A stretch of DNA of 64,000 bases from Eubacteriales bacterium. Its GTDB lineage: Bacteria; Bacillota; Clostridia; Oscillospirales; CAG-272. Both the position numbers and the translations under genes were made by a program. The DNA is taken from the NCBI GenBank assembly GCA_045649925.1, contig JAZRQS010000022.1:7568-71567 (forward strand). The letters run 5' to 3'. Positions 35,684 through 44,962 of this stretch are shown here, one piece after another (the first letter of the stretch is position 1; the number at the start of each line of letters is the position of its first letter). Under the pieces are notes generated by a model that saw only the letters and a program-made list of their open reading frames with translations, searched no databases and was not told where the DNA came from.

Positions 35684-36400
35684 ATGAGCGAGCAAGTAAA
35701 TATAGGCATCATATACGAGGACAAGGATATGGTGGTGTGTGAAAAGCCCGTCGGACTTCTCACGCTACGTGCAGAGAGCGACGAGGACTCACTTATAGAT
35801 ATCCTCTGCAAGCAGTTGTCGCAGAGAGGCGAGCGAGCAACGCTTTTCCCCATACACCGACTTGACAGGCTTACAGGTGGCTTGGTCGTATTTGCAAGGA
35901 CGAAGAAATGCGCAGAGGAGCTTTGTCGCATTTTTTCCGAACATAAAAACGAAAAGCAGTACCTCTGTATCGTGCACGGCGCACCCGAAAAGGAATACGA
36001 GGAATGCATCGACCTGCTCTTTGCCGACAAGCGTGCAAACAAGTCTTACATCACCGACAAAAAGCGTGCAGGCGTCAAGGAGGCATCGCTTTGCTATGAA
36101 AAAATAAGTGAGGGTGAGCACAGACAGAAGTCTGTATCACTTTTGCGCGTGACGCTCAACACGGGGCGCATGCACCAGATACGCGCCCAGCTCTCGCACA
36201 GAGGCATGCCACTTTTGGGAGACGGAAAATACGGAAGCCGTGAAAACTCCTGTCCTCCTGCGCTTTTCGCCTACCGACTGAAATTTTTCTATCAGGGTGA
36301 AAAATGCTTTACTCTCACACCGAAAAACGAATTTCCGTGGAGCTTGTTCTACGATGATATTTCTCGCATCTGCAATGAGTGTGGCGAGGAAAACAAATAA
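35684..36400 (+). CDS. RluA-family pseudouridine synthase
   Basis: 238 aa. HRLDRLTGGLVVFA catalytic motif. Confidence 0.85.
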   Translation: MSEQVNIGIIYEDKDMVVCEKPVGLLTLRAESDEDSLIDILCKQLSQRGERATLFPIHRLDRLTGGLVVFARTKKCAEELCRIFSEHKNEKQYLCIVHGAPEKEYEECIDLLFADKRANKSYITDKKRAGVKEASLCYEKISEGEHRQKSVSLLRVTLNTGRMHQIRAQLSHRGMPLLGDGKYGSRENSCPPALFAYRLKFFYQGEKCFTLTPKNEFPWSLFYDDISRICNECGEENK

Positions 36401-36420
36401 AGACCAAAGGGAAACAAAAA

Positions 36421-36837
36421 ATGAAAGTAATTGTCTGTCTTGACGACAACGGAGGAATGACGTTCGGTGGCAGGCGTCAAAGTCGCGACAAAGCCCTGCT
36501 TGCCGATGTTGCAAACGATATAAGCGCATCGGGTATGCCACTTCTTGCCACACCGTTTTCGCAAAGGCTCTTGGAGGAGGTCGGCATTTTTCACGAGATA
36601 TGCGACGATCCATTTACCTGCGCAAAAGAAGGTCAGCTGTGCTTTATAGAAAACCTCCCCATCTGCGAGCATATAGACAAAATAAGCGAGCTCACCGTCT
36701 ATCGCTGGAACAGAAAATACCCGAGCGACAGAAAAATCGACTTCGATATAGTCGCACATTTCGAGCTTGTCAAATCGCTCGACTTTACAGGAAATGCGCA
36801 CGAGAAAATAACCAAGCACATATATAAAAAACGCTAA
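36421..36837 (+). CDS. hypothetical protein (possibly dihydrofolate-reductase-like fold)
   Basis: 138 aa from ATG 36421 (MKVIVCLDDNGGMTFGGRRQSRD). Resemblance to the DHFR/RibD_C N-terminus is weak. Confidence 0.4.
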   Translation: MKVIVCLDDNGGMTFGGRRQSRDKALLADVANDISASGMPLLATPFSQRLLEEVGIFHEICDDPFTCAKEGQLCFIENLPICEHIDKISELTVYRWNRKYPSDRKIDFDIVAHFELVKSLDFTGNAHEKITKHIYKKR

Positions 36838-36876
36838 CTTTAGTTTACACATTCATTTCAACGAAAGGACTGTCCT

Positions 36877-37887
36877 ATGAAAAAACTGTTATCCATTTTT
36901 CTGCTCCTCTGCATCGTTTGTCCTCTTTTTACAGCCTGCTCTGTAGATAATATAGGCAATGTCATAAACGATGCCTACGATATAGTAGACGAAATTATTG
37001 ACTATGCAAACGAAAGTGCGGGCAAAACGGACAAAGCTCCGCAAAACGCCGTATCAGTCGAGGACGTAGGCGAGTTTGCGGGCGAGCCGTATGTTACTGT
37101 AAACGGAAATCAGCCGAGCTTCTCTGCTACCGACCTTACCACCGAGGCGTACGAGTTTTATTCCGAGCTTGACCTGCTCGGCAGGTGTGGCTATGTAATG
37201 GCGTGCATAGGCGTCGAGCTTATGCCGACAGAGGAGAGAGGTAGCATAGGTCAGGTCAAGCCGTCGGGCTGGCAGACAGTCAAGTATGACATAGTGGACG
37301 GAAAATACCTCTACAATCGCTGTCACCTTATCGGATTTCAGCTTACAGGCGAAAATGCGAACACAAGAAACCTTATCACAGGCACTCGCTACATGAATGT
37401 GGACGGAATGCTCCCCTTTGAAAACATGGTAGCTGACTATATAAAGGACACAGAAAACCATGTTTTGTACAGAGTTACGCCGATATTCCATGGTCTTGAG
37501 CTTGTCGCACGAGGCGTACAGATAGAGGCGTATTCGGTAGAGGACAACGGCGAGGGCATATGCTTCAATGTGTATGTGTACAACAATCAGCCCGGAATTG
37601 TCATCAACTATGCAACAGGCTCAAGCCGACTTGCGACCGATGACGAGAGCGAGGAGCCGTCAACACCGACAACCACTCAAGCGACTACAACGGAAGTAAC
37701 CGTTGAAGAAACGGAAGAGCCGTCAGTATACGGCACGTATATACTCAACACAAATTCAAAGAAATTCCACCTTGCCGACTGCTCGTCGGTAAAGGCGATG
37801 AGCGAGACAAACAAGCGCACCTTTGAGGGTGAGCGCTCCTCCCTCATTGCAGACGGATACACAGCCTGTGGCGTGTGCAAGCCGTAA
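36877..37887 (+). CDS. secreted DNA/RNA non-specific endonuclease lipoprotein (DNA-entry nuclease family) with C-terminal Cys/His tail
   Basis: Lipobox LFTAC. LDLLGRCG...NRCHLIGFQLTGENANTRNLITGTRYMN nuclease core. Thr/Glu-rich linker. Tail FHLADC...ACGVC. Confidence 0.8.
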   Translation: MKKLLSIFLLLCIVCPLFTACSVDNIGNVINDAYDIVDEIIDYANESAGKTDKAPQNAVSVEDVGEFAGEPYVTVNGNQPSFSATDLTTEAYEFYSELDLLGRCGYVMACIGVELMPTEERGSIGQVKPSGWQTVKYDIVDGKYLYNRCHLIGFQLTGENANTRNLITGTRYMNVDGMLPFENMVADYIKDTENHVLYRVTPIFHGLELVARGVQIEAYSVEDNGEGICFNVYVYNNQPGIVINYATGSSRLATDDESEEPSTPTTTQATTTEVTVEETEEPSVYGTYILNTNSKKFHLADCSSVKAMSETNKRTFEGERSSLIADGYTACGVCKP

Positions 37888-37982
37888 GACGCCCGACAAT
37901 TTCACAACGGCGGATAAACAAATTTTCAACTAAATTTTCAACTAAACAATTTTTCAACAAAGTATAAAACAACGAGGTAAAA

Positions 37983-39584
37983 ATGATAAACGTAACCGAT
38001 CTTTCCTTTCAGTTTGGCAGTCAGGTGCTCTTCAAGGATGTCAATCTGAAATTCACACAGGGCAACTGCTACGGCGTTATAGGAGCAAACGGAGCAGGTA
38101 AATCCACATTCCTCAAGCTTCTTTGCAAGGAGCTTGAGCCTACGAGAGGCGAAATCAGCATTCCCCCCGACGTAAGAATGTCGGTCTTGCGACAGGACCA
38201 CTTTGCATTTGACGAATACACAGTCCTCGACACCGTTATTTTCGGAAATCGCAAGCTCTATGACATAATGAAGGAAAAGGACGCCCTCTATGCAAAGGAG
38301 GACTTCTCGGAACAGGACGGAATCCGTGCCTGCGAGCTTGAAGGCGAGTTTGCCGAAATGAACGGCTGGGAATCAGAGTCCGAGGTGTCAAAGCTAATTC
38401 AGGGCTTGGGACTTCCCGTAGATATTCTCTACTCGCAGATGTCGTCACTCGGCGAGGGTGAAAAGGTCAAGGTCCTGCTTGCGCAGGCACTTTTCGGAAA
38501 CCCCGATATTATACTCCTCGACGAGCCTACAAACGGTCTCGACCTTGCGGCTGTCGAGTGGCTTGAGGACTTTTTGTCCGACTATTTCGGTACTGTGCTG
38601 GTCGTTTCTCACGACCGCCACTTCCTCAACGATGTGTGCACCAACATCGTGGATATTGACTACAACGGCATAAAGATGTATGTCGGTAACTACGAATTCT
38701 GGTACGAGTCCAGCCAGCTCATACAGAGAATGATAAAGCAACAGAATAAGAAGAACGAGGAAAAAATAAAGGAATTGCAGGAATTTATTTCCCGCTTCTC
38801 TGCAAACAAGTCGAAGTCGAGACAGGCGACCTCTCGACGAAAGCTCCTCTCCAAGCTCACAGTAGAGGAATTGCCCGCATCCTCACGCCGTTATCCCTAT
38901 ATCGGCTTTGAGATGGACCGTGAGGCAGGCAAGGATATTCTCATGGTTGACGGACTTACCAAGTATGCAGATGACGGCACGCCTCTTTTCAAAAACCTCA
39001 GCTTTTATGTTAATCGTGGCGACAAGATAGCGTTTATAGGCGACGAGCTTGCCGTAACTGCGCTATTCAAGATACTTATGGAGGAGGACACGCCCGACGA
39101 GGGTAGCTTCAAGTGGGGAGTCAGCATAACCACCTCCTACTTCCCACACGACAACTCCGAATACTTCAACGGCTGTAACGATAGCATAATCGACTGGATG
39201 CGCCGTTATTCCAAGGACCAGACGGAAACCTACCTGCGAGGATTTCTCGGCAGAATGCTGTTCTCAAACGAGAGCGCATTCAAGCCTGTATGTGTGCTCT
39301 CAGGTGGTGAAAAGGTGAGATGTATGTTCTCACGCATGATGATGTTCGGCTCAAATGCGCTTATCCTCGACCAGCCGACAAACCACCTCGACCTCGAATC
39401 CATAACCGCCGTCAACAACGGTCTTTCCGACTTCCGTGGAAATATCCTGTTCTCCTCTCACGACTACGAGCTTGTAAATACTGTAGCAAATCGTATAATC
39501 GAGCTCACCCCCGACAAGATAACGGACCGCACAGGAAACTACGAGGAGTTCATCGAATACAAAAAATCTCTCGAATCGAAGTAA
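37983..39584 (+). CDS. ABC-F family ATPase (two NBDs, no TMD)
   Basis: 533 aa. Two Walker A/signature/Walker B sets (GANGAGKST, LSLGEGEKV / LSGGEKVR, LLDEPTN / ILDQPTN) and a K/E-rich inter-domain linker. Confidence 0.9.
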   Translation: MINVTDLSFQFGSQVLFKDVNLKFTQGNCYGVIGANGAGKSTFLKLLCKELEPTRGEISIPPDVRMSVLRQDHFAFDEYTVLDTVIFGNRKLYDIMKEKDALYAKEDFSEQDGIRACELEGEFAEMNGWESESEVSKLIQGLGLPVDILYSQMSSLGEGEKVKVLLAQALFGNPDIILLDEPTNGLDLAAVEWLEDFLSDYFGTVLVVSHDRHFLNDVCTNIVDIDYNGIKMYVGNYEFWYESSQLIQRMIKQQNKKNEEKIKELQEFISRFSANKSKSRQATSRRKLLSKLTVEELPASSRRYPYIGFEMDREAGKDILMVDGLTKYADDGTPLFKNLSFYVNRGDKIAFIGDELAVTALFKILMEEDTPDEGSFKWGVSITTSYFPHDNSEYFNGCNDSIIDWMRRYSKDQTETYLRGFLGRMLFSNESAFKPVCVLSGGEKVRCMFSRMMMFGSNALILDQPTNHLDLESITAVNNGLSDFRGNILFSSHDYELVNTVANRIIELTPDKITDRTGNYEEFIEYKKSLESK

Positions 39585-39626
39585 GAGCTTTGCCCCTACG
39601 GAAAATCCGCAAGGATAAAACGAAAA

Positions 39627-39668
39627 AGGATAGAGAACGAAAAAACCTCTATCCTTTTTGTTTGTTTA
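39627..39668 (+). terminator. intrinsic terminator
   Basis: AAGGATAGAG...TCTATCCTT followed by TTTGTTTGTTT. Confidence 0.7.
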
Positions 39669-39703
39669 ATTGTGGGTGTTTGGCTGTTCCTCACTACATT
39701 CCC

Positions 39704-40519
39704 TTATGTGCGTCTGAATGCCGTTCGGTATTCTGACGGAGTGACCGAGGCGTGCTTTTTGAATATACGCGAGAAGTAGGAGGTGTCGTTTATACCTATC
39801 TCGTGCGCTATCTTCTCTATCGCCATATCCGTCTCTGCGAGCATACCCATCGCCTTGTACATCTTCATTCTGTTGAGATATGCGATAGGCGAGAGCCCGA
39901 AGCAAGCGCCAAAGCGTCGTACGAAATAGGTCGGCTGCATATACACGAGCGCCGAGAGATCCTCTACCCTTATCTCGCGCTGAATGTTGTTCGCCATATA
40001 TTCAAGCACAGGCTTGAATATGTGTGCCTGTCCCGACGACTGCTTTCGTCTTTTTTCAGCGTATATCCTGATGATGTTGATTATGTTAGCACACCAGCCG
40101 ATGTCGTATATAGGGTCACGAATGAGGTCGCGTCGAGCTGCGCTCTCAAAGAGTGCGCTCATCTGCTCAATGTCGTCGACCGACACAACATAGTCACCGT
40201 CAGTAAGACCGAGAAGCTCCATAAGCTCCCTGCCCTCTGCATGAGCGACAAACGCCATCTCGTACATTGAAAAACGCTCGGAGGCGTGGGTGTAGGCGCG
40301 TATTTTACCCTTTGGAAGATACGCTATCTGCCCGGGTCTGACGATATAGCTCTGCGAATCTATTCGCAAAAAGCACTCGCCCTCAAGCACGAAGAAGAAC
40401 AAATCGTTCTTTCCCACATGACCGAGAATATCGCCCTTCCACACGAAAGGCGGAATGTGCAAATAAAGGCTGGCAGGCTTGACGGTAAGCTCGCCAAGTC
40501 CGTACATCTCGTTAAACAT
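39704..40519 (-). CDS. AraC family transcriptional regulator (cupin + HTH)
   Basis: 271 aa. C-terminal IAHEIGINDTSYFSRIFKKHASVTPSEYR. Confidence 0.85.
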   Translation of the reverse strand: MFNEMYGLGELTVKPASLYLHIPPFVWKGDILGHVGKNDLFFFVLEGECFLRIDSQSYIVRPGQIAYLPKGKIRAYTHASERFSMYEMAFVAHAEGRELMELLGLTDGDYVVSVDDIEQMSALFESAARRDLIRDPIYDIGWCANIINIIRIYAEKRRKQSSGQAHIFKPVLEYMANNIQREIRVEDLSALVYMQPTYFVRRFGACFGLSPIAYLNRMKMYKAMGMLAETDMAIEKIAHEIGINDTSYFSRIFKKHASVTPSEYRTAFRRT

Positions 40520-40740
40520 ATCTCTCTCCCTGTCAAAAAAGTCCTAATCTTTATAAAAAAGTCCTGCAAAACTAAAATAAACAAGATTTTAAGCCACTTT
40601 GGATTTTTCAAATTGTGCAATATTGTATTAAAAAACACAAAAATATCTCTTTACTTTTAAAGTTTAACACAATACAATTACTTTGTCAAGTATAATGGAA
40701 TATAAATACTTATTTTTCTGACAAAAAAAGGAGTTTTACC

Positions 40741-41988
40741 ATGGCAAACAAGATCAAAAGATATGTTCAGGTAGGATGTGGCTCTCGAGGAACAGGCTCT
40801 TACTCTATCCCTCTCGTAAAGGAGTTTGAGGAGTACGGCGAGCTCTGCGGTGTTTACGACATCAACTACAAGAGAGCAGAGCGTGTTTCCCGCGTTACAG
40901 GCAAGGATATCCCCGTTTTCGACGACTTCGACAAGATGCTCGAGGAAGTTAAGCCCGACGCGGTTATCATCACCACAAAGGACTGCGACCACGACTACTA
41001 CGCTATAAAGGCTATGAGAGCTGGCGTTGACGTTATCTCTGAAAAGCCTCTTACCACAACCTTTGAAAAGGCAAACGAGCTCAGAAAGGTAAAGGACGAG
41101 ACAGGTCGTGACCTCACAGTTACATTCAACTGCCGTTTCTTCCCCTTCTATGTTCGCGTTAAGGAGATTCTCGACTCCGGTATTTTGGGTGACATTCTCT
41201 CCGTTCACCTCGAGTGGCTTCTCGACACAAACCACGGCGCTGACTACTTCCGTCGTTGGCACAGAGAGAGAAAGAACTCCGGTACACTTCTCGTACATAA
41301 GTCTACTCACCACTTCGACCTTGTAAACTGGTGGCTCGGACAGGACCCCTTGCATGTAAATGCATTCGGTACTCGTAGCTTCTATGGTCCTACAAGAGAA
41401 AACAGAGGCGAAAGATGTCTCACCTGCCCTCACAAGAAGACATGTGAGTTCTATCTCGATATCACAAGCCCCTCATACAAGGATCTCTACTATGACTGCG
41501 AGGACGTAGACGGCTACTACCGCGACAAGTGTGTATTCTCTGAAGAAATCGACATTGAGGATACAGTCAGCGTAAACGTACAGTACTCCGGTGGTACAGT
41601 ACTCAGCTACTCTCTCATCGCTCACTCTCCCTTGGAGGGCGTTAACATCACCTTCAATGGTACAAACGGCAGACTTGAGATCAAGAAGCCTCTCCGTGGC
41701 ACAACATGGATAGACACAGCGAAGGATCAGGTATTCCGTATCTACAACCACGAGGGCGAGGAGATCGACTACAAGATTCCCGAGAAGAAGGGTGGCCACG
41801 GCGGCTCCGACGGACGTCTGCTTGACAGACTCTTCGGCAAGGTTACAGGTCCCGACCCGCTCAACCAGTGCGCTGGTCTTCGCGAGGGCTTGCTCTCTAT
41901 CGGTATCGGTATGGCTGCTACAGTATCCATGGAAGAAGGCAGACAGGTTTCCCTGTCCGAATTCTACGGCGATATCGACAAGCTTTAA
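40741..41988 (+). CDS. Gfo/Idh/MocA family oxidoreductase (long form)
   Basis: 415 aa. N-terminal Rossmann (VQVGCGSRG), EKP motif, HGADYFRRWHRERKNSGTLLVHKSTHHFDLVNWWLG block. Confidence 0.8.
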   Translation: MANKIKRYVQVGCGSRGTGSYSIPLVKEFEEYGELCGVYDINYKRAERVSRVTGKDIPVFDDFDKMLEEVKPDAVIITTKDCDHDYYAIKAMRAGVDVISEKPLTTTFEKANELRKVKDETGRDLTVTFNCRFFPFYVRVKEILDSGILGDILSVHLEWLLDTNHGADYFRRWHRERKNSGTLLVHKSTHHFDLVNWWLGQDPLHVNAFGTRSFYGPTRENRGERCLTCPHKKTCEFYLDITSPSYKDLYYDCEDVDGYYRDKCVFSEEIDIEDTVSVNVQYSGGTVLSYSLIAHSPLEGVNITFNGTNGRLEIKKPLRGTTWIDTAKDQVFRIYNHEGEEIDYKIPEKKGGHGGSDGRLLDRLFGKVTGPDPLNQCAGLREGLLSIGIGMAATVSMEEGRQVSLSEFYGDIDKL

Positions 41989-42014
41989 TAAAACAAACGG
42001 AGCATATGCGCTTG

Positions 42015-42046
42015 CAAGGACTGTCTTATGGCAGTCCTTGTTTTTT
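42015..42046 (+). terminator. intrinsic terminator
   Basis: CAAGGACTG...CAGTCCTTG followed by TTTTTT. Confidence 0.75.
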
Positions 42047-42243
42047 GCAGGATTTTTCGCATTTCACCCTTTATGCAAAAGAATAACCGACCAAACGAAA
42101 AAACACCTCCACAGAGAGCAAAAAAACAAAGATTTTTGTGATAAAAGACAAAAAAACACTTGACATTATTTCTTTTGCCATTATATAATAAAAATGGTAT
42201 AATTCCAAATCAACACTATGCATAAATGCAGGAGGTTCTAATC

Positions 42244-43545
42244 ATGAGTAAGAAGAGATTTGCCCAGGTCGGTCTCGGCGGTAGAGCAAGAATGTTCTAC
42301 GGTGCTGTTGCAGACACTTACAAGGAAACATCTGAGCTTGTAGGCTTCTGTGATATCAACCGCACAAGAATGGAATTTGCAAACAGCATCATCAAGGAAA
42401 AATTCGGTTACAAAGAAGTTCCTATGTACGGAGCAGACGAGTTTGAGAAGATGATTCTCGAGACAAAGCCTGACACCGTTATCGTTACTTCAATTGACCG
42501 TACTCACCACAGATACATAATCAAGGCTATGGAAATGGGCTGTGACGTTATTTCCGAGAAGCCCATGACTATCGACGCTAACAAGTGTCAGGAAATCATG
42601 GACTGCATCGAGCGCACAGGCAAGAGCCTTCGCGTAACATTCAACTATCGTTATGCGCCTCACAACACAAAGCTTCGTGAGGTTATCATGAACGACGCTA
42701 TCGGTAAGGTAACTCAGATCCACTTCGAGTGGATGCTCAACACCAGCCATGGCGCTGACTACTTCCGCCGTTGGCACAGAGATAAGAGAAACTCCGGTGG
42801 CCTTCTCGTTCACAAGTCCACTCACCACTTCGACCTTGTAAACTTCTGGCTCGGCTCTTATCCTACCAGAGTATTTGCTTTGGGCGACCTCAAGTTCTAT
42901 GGTCGTGAAAATGCAGAGGAGCGCGGTGTTACGAAGTTCTACTCCCGCGTACACGGACAGGAGAATGCAAAGGGCGACCCGTTTGCACTCGTAATGGAGG
43001 GTAACTCATATCTTGAGAGCCTCTACCTCAATGCAGAGAAGGAAGACGGATACCTCCGTGACCAGTCTGTTTTCGGAGACAACATCTCCATTGAAGATAC
43101 AATGAACGTTCTCGTTCAGTACAAGAGTGGCGCACAGCTCTCTTACTCACTCAACGCTTACTCTCCTTGGGAGGGCTTCCGTGTCTGCATGACAGGTACA
43201 AAGGGACGCGTAGAGCTTGAGGTTGTCGAGGCTGTATACGTTAACGCAGGTGGCGCATCCTCCAACGAGGGCGTTGTCAAGGGCAAGAAGCTCACAGTAT
43301 ATCCTATGTTCGGCGAGCCTTATGAGGTTGCTATTGAAGAGGGTAAGGGTGGCCACGGTGGTGGAGACACAGTCCTCCTCAACGACATCTTCGGTGTTCC
43401 CGAGTACGATCCCTTTAACAGAGCCGCTTCCCATGTTGACGGTGCGATGAGTATCCTTACAGGTATCGCTGCAAACAAGTCTATCGCTTCAGGCCTGCCT
43501 GTAGACGTAAAGACACTTGTAGACATCCCCGGCTTCAAGATGTAA
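42244..43545 (+). CDS. Gfo/Idh/MocA family oxidoreductase (long form, paralogue)
   Basis: Start at ATG 42244, behind AGGAGG. Same HGADYFRRWHRDKRNSGGLLVHKSTHHFDLVNFWLG block. Confidence 0.8.
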   Translation: MSKKRFAQVGLGGRARMFYGAVADTYKETSELVGFCDINRTRMEFANSIIKEKFGYKEVPMYGADEFEKMILETKPDTVIVTSIDRTHHRYIIKAMEMGCDVISEKPMTIDANKCQEIMDCIERTGKSLRVTFNYRYAPHNTKLREVIMNDAIGKVTQIHFEWMLNTSHGADYFRRWHRDKRNSGGLLVHKSTHHFDLVNFWLGSYPTRVFALGDLKFYGRENAEERGVTKFYSRVHGQENAKGDPFALVMEGNSYLESLYLNAEKEDGYLRDQSVFGDNISIEDTMNVLVQYKSGAQLSYSLNAYSPWEGFRVCMTGTKGRVELEVVEAVYVNAGGASSNEGVVKGKKLTVYPMFGEPYEVAIEEGKGGHGGGDTVLLNDIFGVPEYDPFNRAASHVDGAMSILTGIAANKSIASGLPVDVKTLVDIPGFKM

Positions 43546-43555
43546 TTTGACTTTT

Positions 43556-43595
43556 CAGTCCGCACGAAATTTCTCGTGCGGACTGATTTTTATTT
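43556..43595 (+). terminator. intrinsic terminator
   Basis: CAGTCCGCACGA AATTTC TCGTGCGGACTG followed by ATTTTTATTT. Confidence 0.75.
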
Positions 43596-43709
43596 ACTTT
43601 TCCGCTTTTTTGGTGTATAATATAGGCATAACAGGACAAGCGAAGCTTTTAAACAGGCTTGTCAGTCTGGCATATTACAATTCTACATAAAACCACAAGG
43701 AGACATTCT

Positions 43710-43874
43710 ATGGAGGTCAAGGATTACGAGGTAATAAAAATAGAGGGCGAGTACGCCACATTGCGAGACGGTGATGGCGAGGAGCTTTTCATTGCGCTTG
43801 CGCTTTTGCCACTCGGAGTGGATATAGGTAGCCGTTTGCGCTACGATTTTCCCGACTTTGAGCTTCTTCCCTGA
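43710..43874 (+). CDS. small DUF3006-like protein
   Basis: 54 aa from ATG 43710 (AAGGAG RBS). IEGEYATLRDGDGEELFIALALLPLGVDIGSRL resembles DUF3006. Confidence 0.5.
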   Translation: MEVKDYEVIKIEGEYATLRDGDGEELFIALALLPLGVDIGSRLRYDFPDFELLP

Positions 43875-44040
43875 CGAAAAATGTCAAAAAAACACGCAAA
43901 TACGCCTTTTTGGTGGCAAAATATGCGTAAAAATTTGAATTTTTTTGAATTTTTCAATATTTTTTCTCAAAACCCCTATACAAAGCACTAAAAAAATGCT
44001 AAAATAATAATTGATTTTTTAGAACATAAAGGAGTTTACC

Positions 44041-44724
44041 ATGAAAAAGATTTACGAAGGAAAAACAAAAGACGTTTACTCCCTTGATAACGGCAATGTA
44101 ATGCTCAAGTTCAAGGACGACTGCACAGGCAAGGACGGAGTTTTTGACCCAGGTGAAAACACTGTAGGTCTCACCATCGAGGGTATAGGAAAGGCCAACC
44201 TTCAGACGTCTATCCACTATTTCGAGCTCCTTAAGAAAGCCGGAATCAAGACACACTACGTGAGCGCAAACGTCGAGGAAGCAACCATGGAGGTTCTTCC
44301 CGGAAAGGTGTTCGGTCACGGTCTTGAGGTTATCTGCCGACTTGTTGCTACAGGTAGCTTCATTCGCAGATACGGCGAATATATCGCAGACGGCACACCC
44401 CTTGCAGGTGGCTATGTAGAGTGCACCTTCAAGAATGACGCAAAGGGCGACCCGCTTGTAACAAGCGAAGGCTTGGCAGCTCTCGGCGTTATGTCCGAGG
44501 AGATGTTTGCAAGCATGAAGGAGCAGACACTCAAGATTACACAGATCGTAGCAGACGATCTCAAGTCCATCGGTCTCGACCTCTGGGACATCAAGTTCGA
44601 GTTTGGCTACAACAACGACGAGGTTATCCTCATCGACGAGATAGCTTCAGGTAATATGCGTGTTTACAAGGGCGACAAGATCGTTGACCCCGTAGAGCTT
44701 ACCAAGCTTATTCTCAACAGATAA
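44041..44724 (+). CDS. purC: phosphoribosylaminoimidazole-succinocarboxamide synthase
   Basis: 227 aa. [11 protein letters not shown]-terminus, DIKFEFG and LIDEI motifs. Confidence 0.85.
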   Translation: MKKIYEGKTKDVYSLDNGNVMLKFKDDCTGKDGVFDPGENTVGLTIEGIGKANLQTSIHYFELLKKAGIKTHYVSANVEEATMEVLPGKVFGHGLEVICRLVATGSFIRRYGEYIADGTPLAGGYVECTFKNDAKGDPLVTSEGLAALGVMSEEMFASMKEQTLKITQIVADDLKSIGLDLWDIKFEFGYNNDEVILIDEIASGNMRVYKGDKIVDPVELTKLILNR

Positions 44725-44791
44725 GACGGCGTAGACAAGACGGCGTATTCGGGCATAAGCACAAGCAAAAAAGAAATAATTACCAGTGAAT

Positions 44792-44830
44792 GTTTCCACA
44801 CGGATTTTTTCTGTGTGGAAACTCTTTTTA
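44792..44830 (+). terminator. intrinsic terminator after purC
   Basis: GTTTCCACAC...GTGTGGAAAC followed by TCTTTTTA. Confidence 0.75.
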
Positions 44831-44854
44831 TAAGGCACCAAGTCCTTTCCAGTC

Positions 44855-44884
44855 TTGACAAACACGTCGAAAAGGGTGTATAAT
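44855..44884 (+). promoter_or_regulatory. sigma70-like promoter of metF operon
   Basis: TTGACA-18 nt-TATAAT. Confidence 0.5.
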
Positions 44885-44962
44885 ACTTACAACAAAACAC
44901 TATAAGCTACGGCATCAGCCGTTGCAAAAGCAAACATTTGTTTACAGAAAGGTGTGCACATT

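Noticed and set aside
43875-44040. Purine riboswitch or PurR box upstream of purC
   Set aside because: No purine-aptamer conserved blocks are present. The region is only AT-rich, with short TTTGAATTTTT repeats.
44831-44962. SAM (S-box) riboswitch or T-box upstream of metF/metH (also looked upstream of luxS, 34447-34494)
   Set aside because: The leaders are short (about 70 nt and about 45 nt) and lack the conserved S-box and T-box sequence blocks. Only small generic hairpins are present.
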